Shown one piece after another: positions 57,705-58,557 of a stretch of 58,557 nucleotides of DNA (position 1 is its first letter; every line of letters begins with the position of its first letter). This DNA is from Roseomonas sp. (lineage in GTDB: Bacteria; Pseudomonadota; Alphaproteobacteria; Acetobacterales; Acetobacteraceae). The notes below the pieces were generated by a model, which worked only from the letters and a program-made list of their open reading frames with translations, made no database searches and was not told where the DNA came from. The stretch lies in contig JBBAUC010000001.1 of the NCBI GenBank assembly GCA_040398485.1, positions 1 to 58,557 on the forward strand. Direction: 5' to 3'. Both the position numbers and the translations under genes were made by a program.

Positions 57705-58557
57705 TGCAGCCGGCGCAGCGCCTGATCATCAGCTTCGCCTCGGTCGGGCATTTCCTGCATCATGTGCTGACCGGGCTTTTTCTAACGCTGGCAGTGATTT
57801 TGGAAGGTGTCTGGCAAAGACCCTATGCGGAGATCATCGCGCTTTGGACGCTCGGAGCCGCCATGATCGGGGTTGGTGCGCCGCTGGCGGGCTGGCTTGC
57901 GGATCGCTTCGGCCATGCGCGCATGATGACGGTGTTTTTCCTGGGTATCGGGCTTGCTTCCATCATCGCCGGCTTTGTTGCCGATAGTGCTGAGATGGGG
58001 CTCGCACTCGCGCTGCTGGGTGGCTTTGGCGCGATTTATCATCCGGTCGCACTCGCCTGGGTTTCCATGACCGCGCCGCCCGATGCGCGCGGGCGACTGA
58101 TGGGTATTCTAGGCATTGCGGGCAGCATTGGCGTCGCCTGCGCTGCCGTTATTGCCGGCGGGCTGGCCGAGATTGCCGGCTGGCGCATGGCGATGATCCT
58201 GCCCGGTATTGTCACCATCATCGCGGGCTTGGCGCTGCTATTCTGCCTGCTTACGGGTCGTGTTGCCGCCAGCAATCACCAGCCGGGCCAGGAAGCGGCG
58301 CAGGCTGCGGCGGCTGAGGCCGCGCGCATTCCCTGGGGCGTGCTGATCGTGCTCGCCATCACCTTCATGCTCGGCTCCATTGCCTATACCGCCTATTCCA
58401 CTGCGCTTCCAAAGTGGCTGAGCGACATGCTGCTGCTTGATTCCACCAGGGCGGCGCAGCTTGGGTTGATTGTGGGTGCTGTCATGTTGATGGGTAGTGT
58501 GGGGCAATTGATTGGCGGGCGGCTCGCGGATCAGATGCCGATGAAGACGCTTTATGT
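57704..58557 (+). CDS. MFS transporter (runs off the window end; not in the ORF track)
   Basis: Open frame from the ATG overlapping the gor stop: MQPAQRLIISFASVGHFLHH..., with MFS motif A GWLADRFG, AIYHPV and a second GGRLADQ. Confidence 0.85.
   Translation, partial: MQPAQRLIISFASVGHFLHHVLTGLFLTLAVILEGVWQRPYAEIIALWTLGAAMIGVGAPLAGWLADRFGHARMMTVFFLGIGLASIIAGFVADSAEMGLALALLGGFGAIYHPVALAWVSMTAPPDARGRLMGILGIAGSIGVACAAVIAGGLAEIAGWRMAMILPGIVTIIAGLALLFCLLTGRVAASNHQPGQEAAQAAAAEAARIPWGVLIVLAITFMLGSIAYTAYSTALPKWLSDMLLLDSTRAAQLGLIVGAVMLMGSVGQLIGGRLADQMPMKTLY

Overview
High-GC alphaproteobacterial window. Gene content suggests an aerobic anoxygenic phototroph of the Acetobacteraceae (Roseomonas/Roseococcus-like); this is inference. 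Bases 1 to ~31.7 kb are the right part of a photosynthesis gene cluster: lhaA/pucC-puhABC-orf-acsF-puhE-hemA-bchIDO-DUF3422-crtB-crtEF-bchCXYZ-pufBALMC-crtI, then crtD and crtC. The rest is housekeeping and metabolic: fbaB, zapA-6S RNA-ygfA-ymdB-yebC, prpE, a DEDDh exonuclease, a CBS/DUF294 nucleotidyltransferase, an ActP-like symporter, a TPR-glycosyltransferase, glmUS, two cyclases with fahA, gabD, gor and a truncated MFS gene. The most unusual elements are: (1) a membrane protein, cytochrome P450 and ATP-grasp ligase inserted between crtD and crtC behind tandem PpsR-like boxes, a candidate undescribed carotenoid-tailoring module; (2) very divergent LH1 alpha/beta genes (pufB is missing from the ORF track) lacking both BChl H-bonding tryptophans, with a periplasmic Cys pair in alpha; (3) a nucleotidyltransferase/nuclease pair within a carboxylate uptake and activation locus; (4) a PuhE with a CobW_C-like tail and a DUF3422 gene coupled to Mg-chelatase genes. 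No mobile element, CRISPR array, tRNA or rRNA was seen. All calls come from motif and synteny recognition, not database searches.
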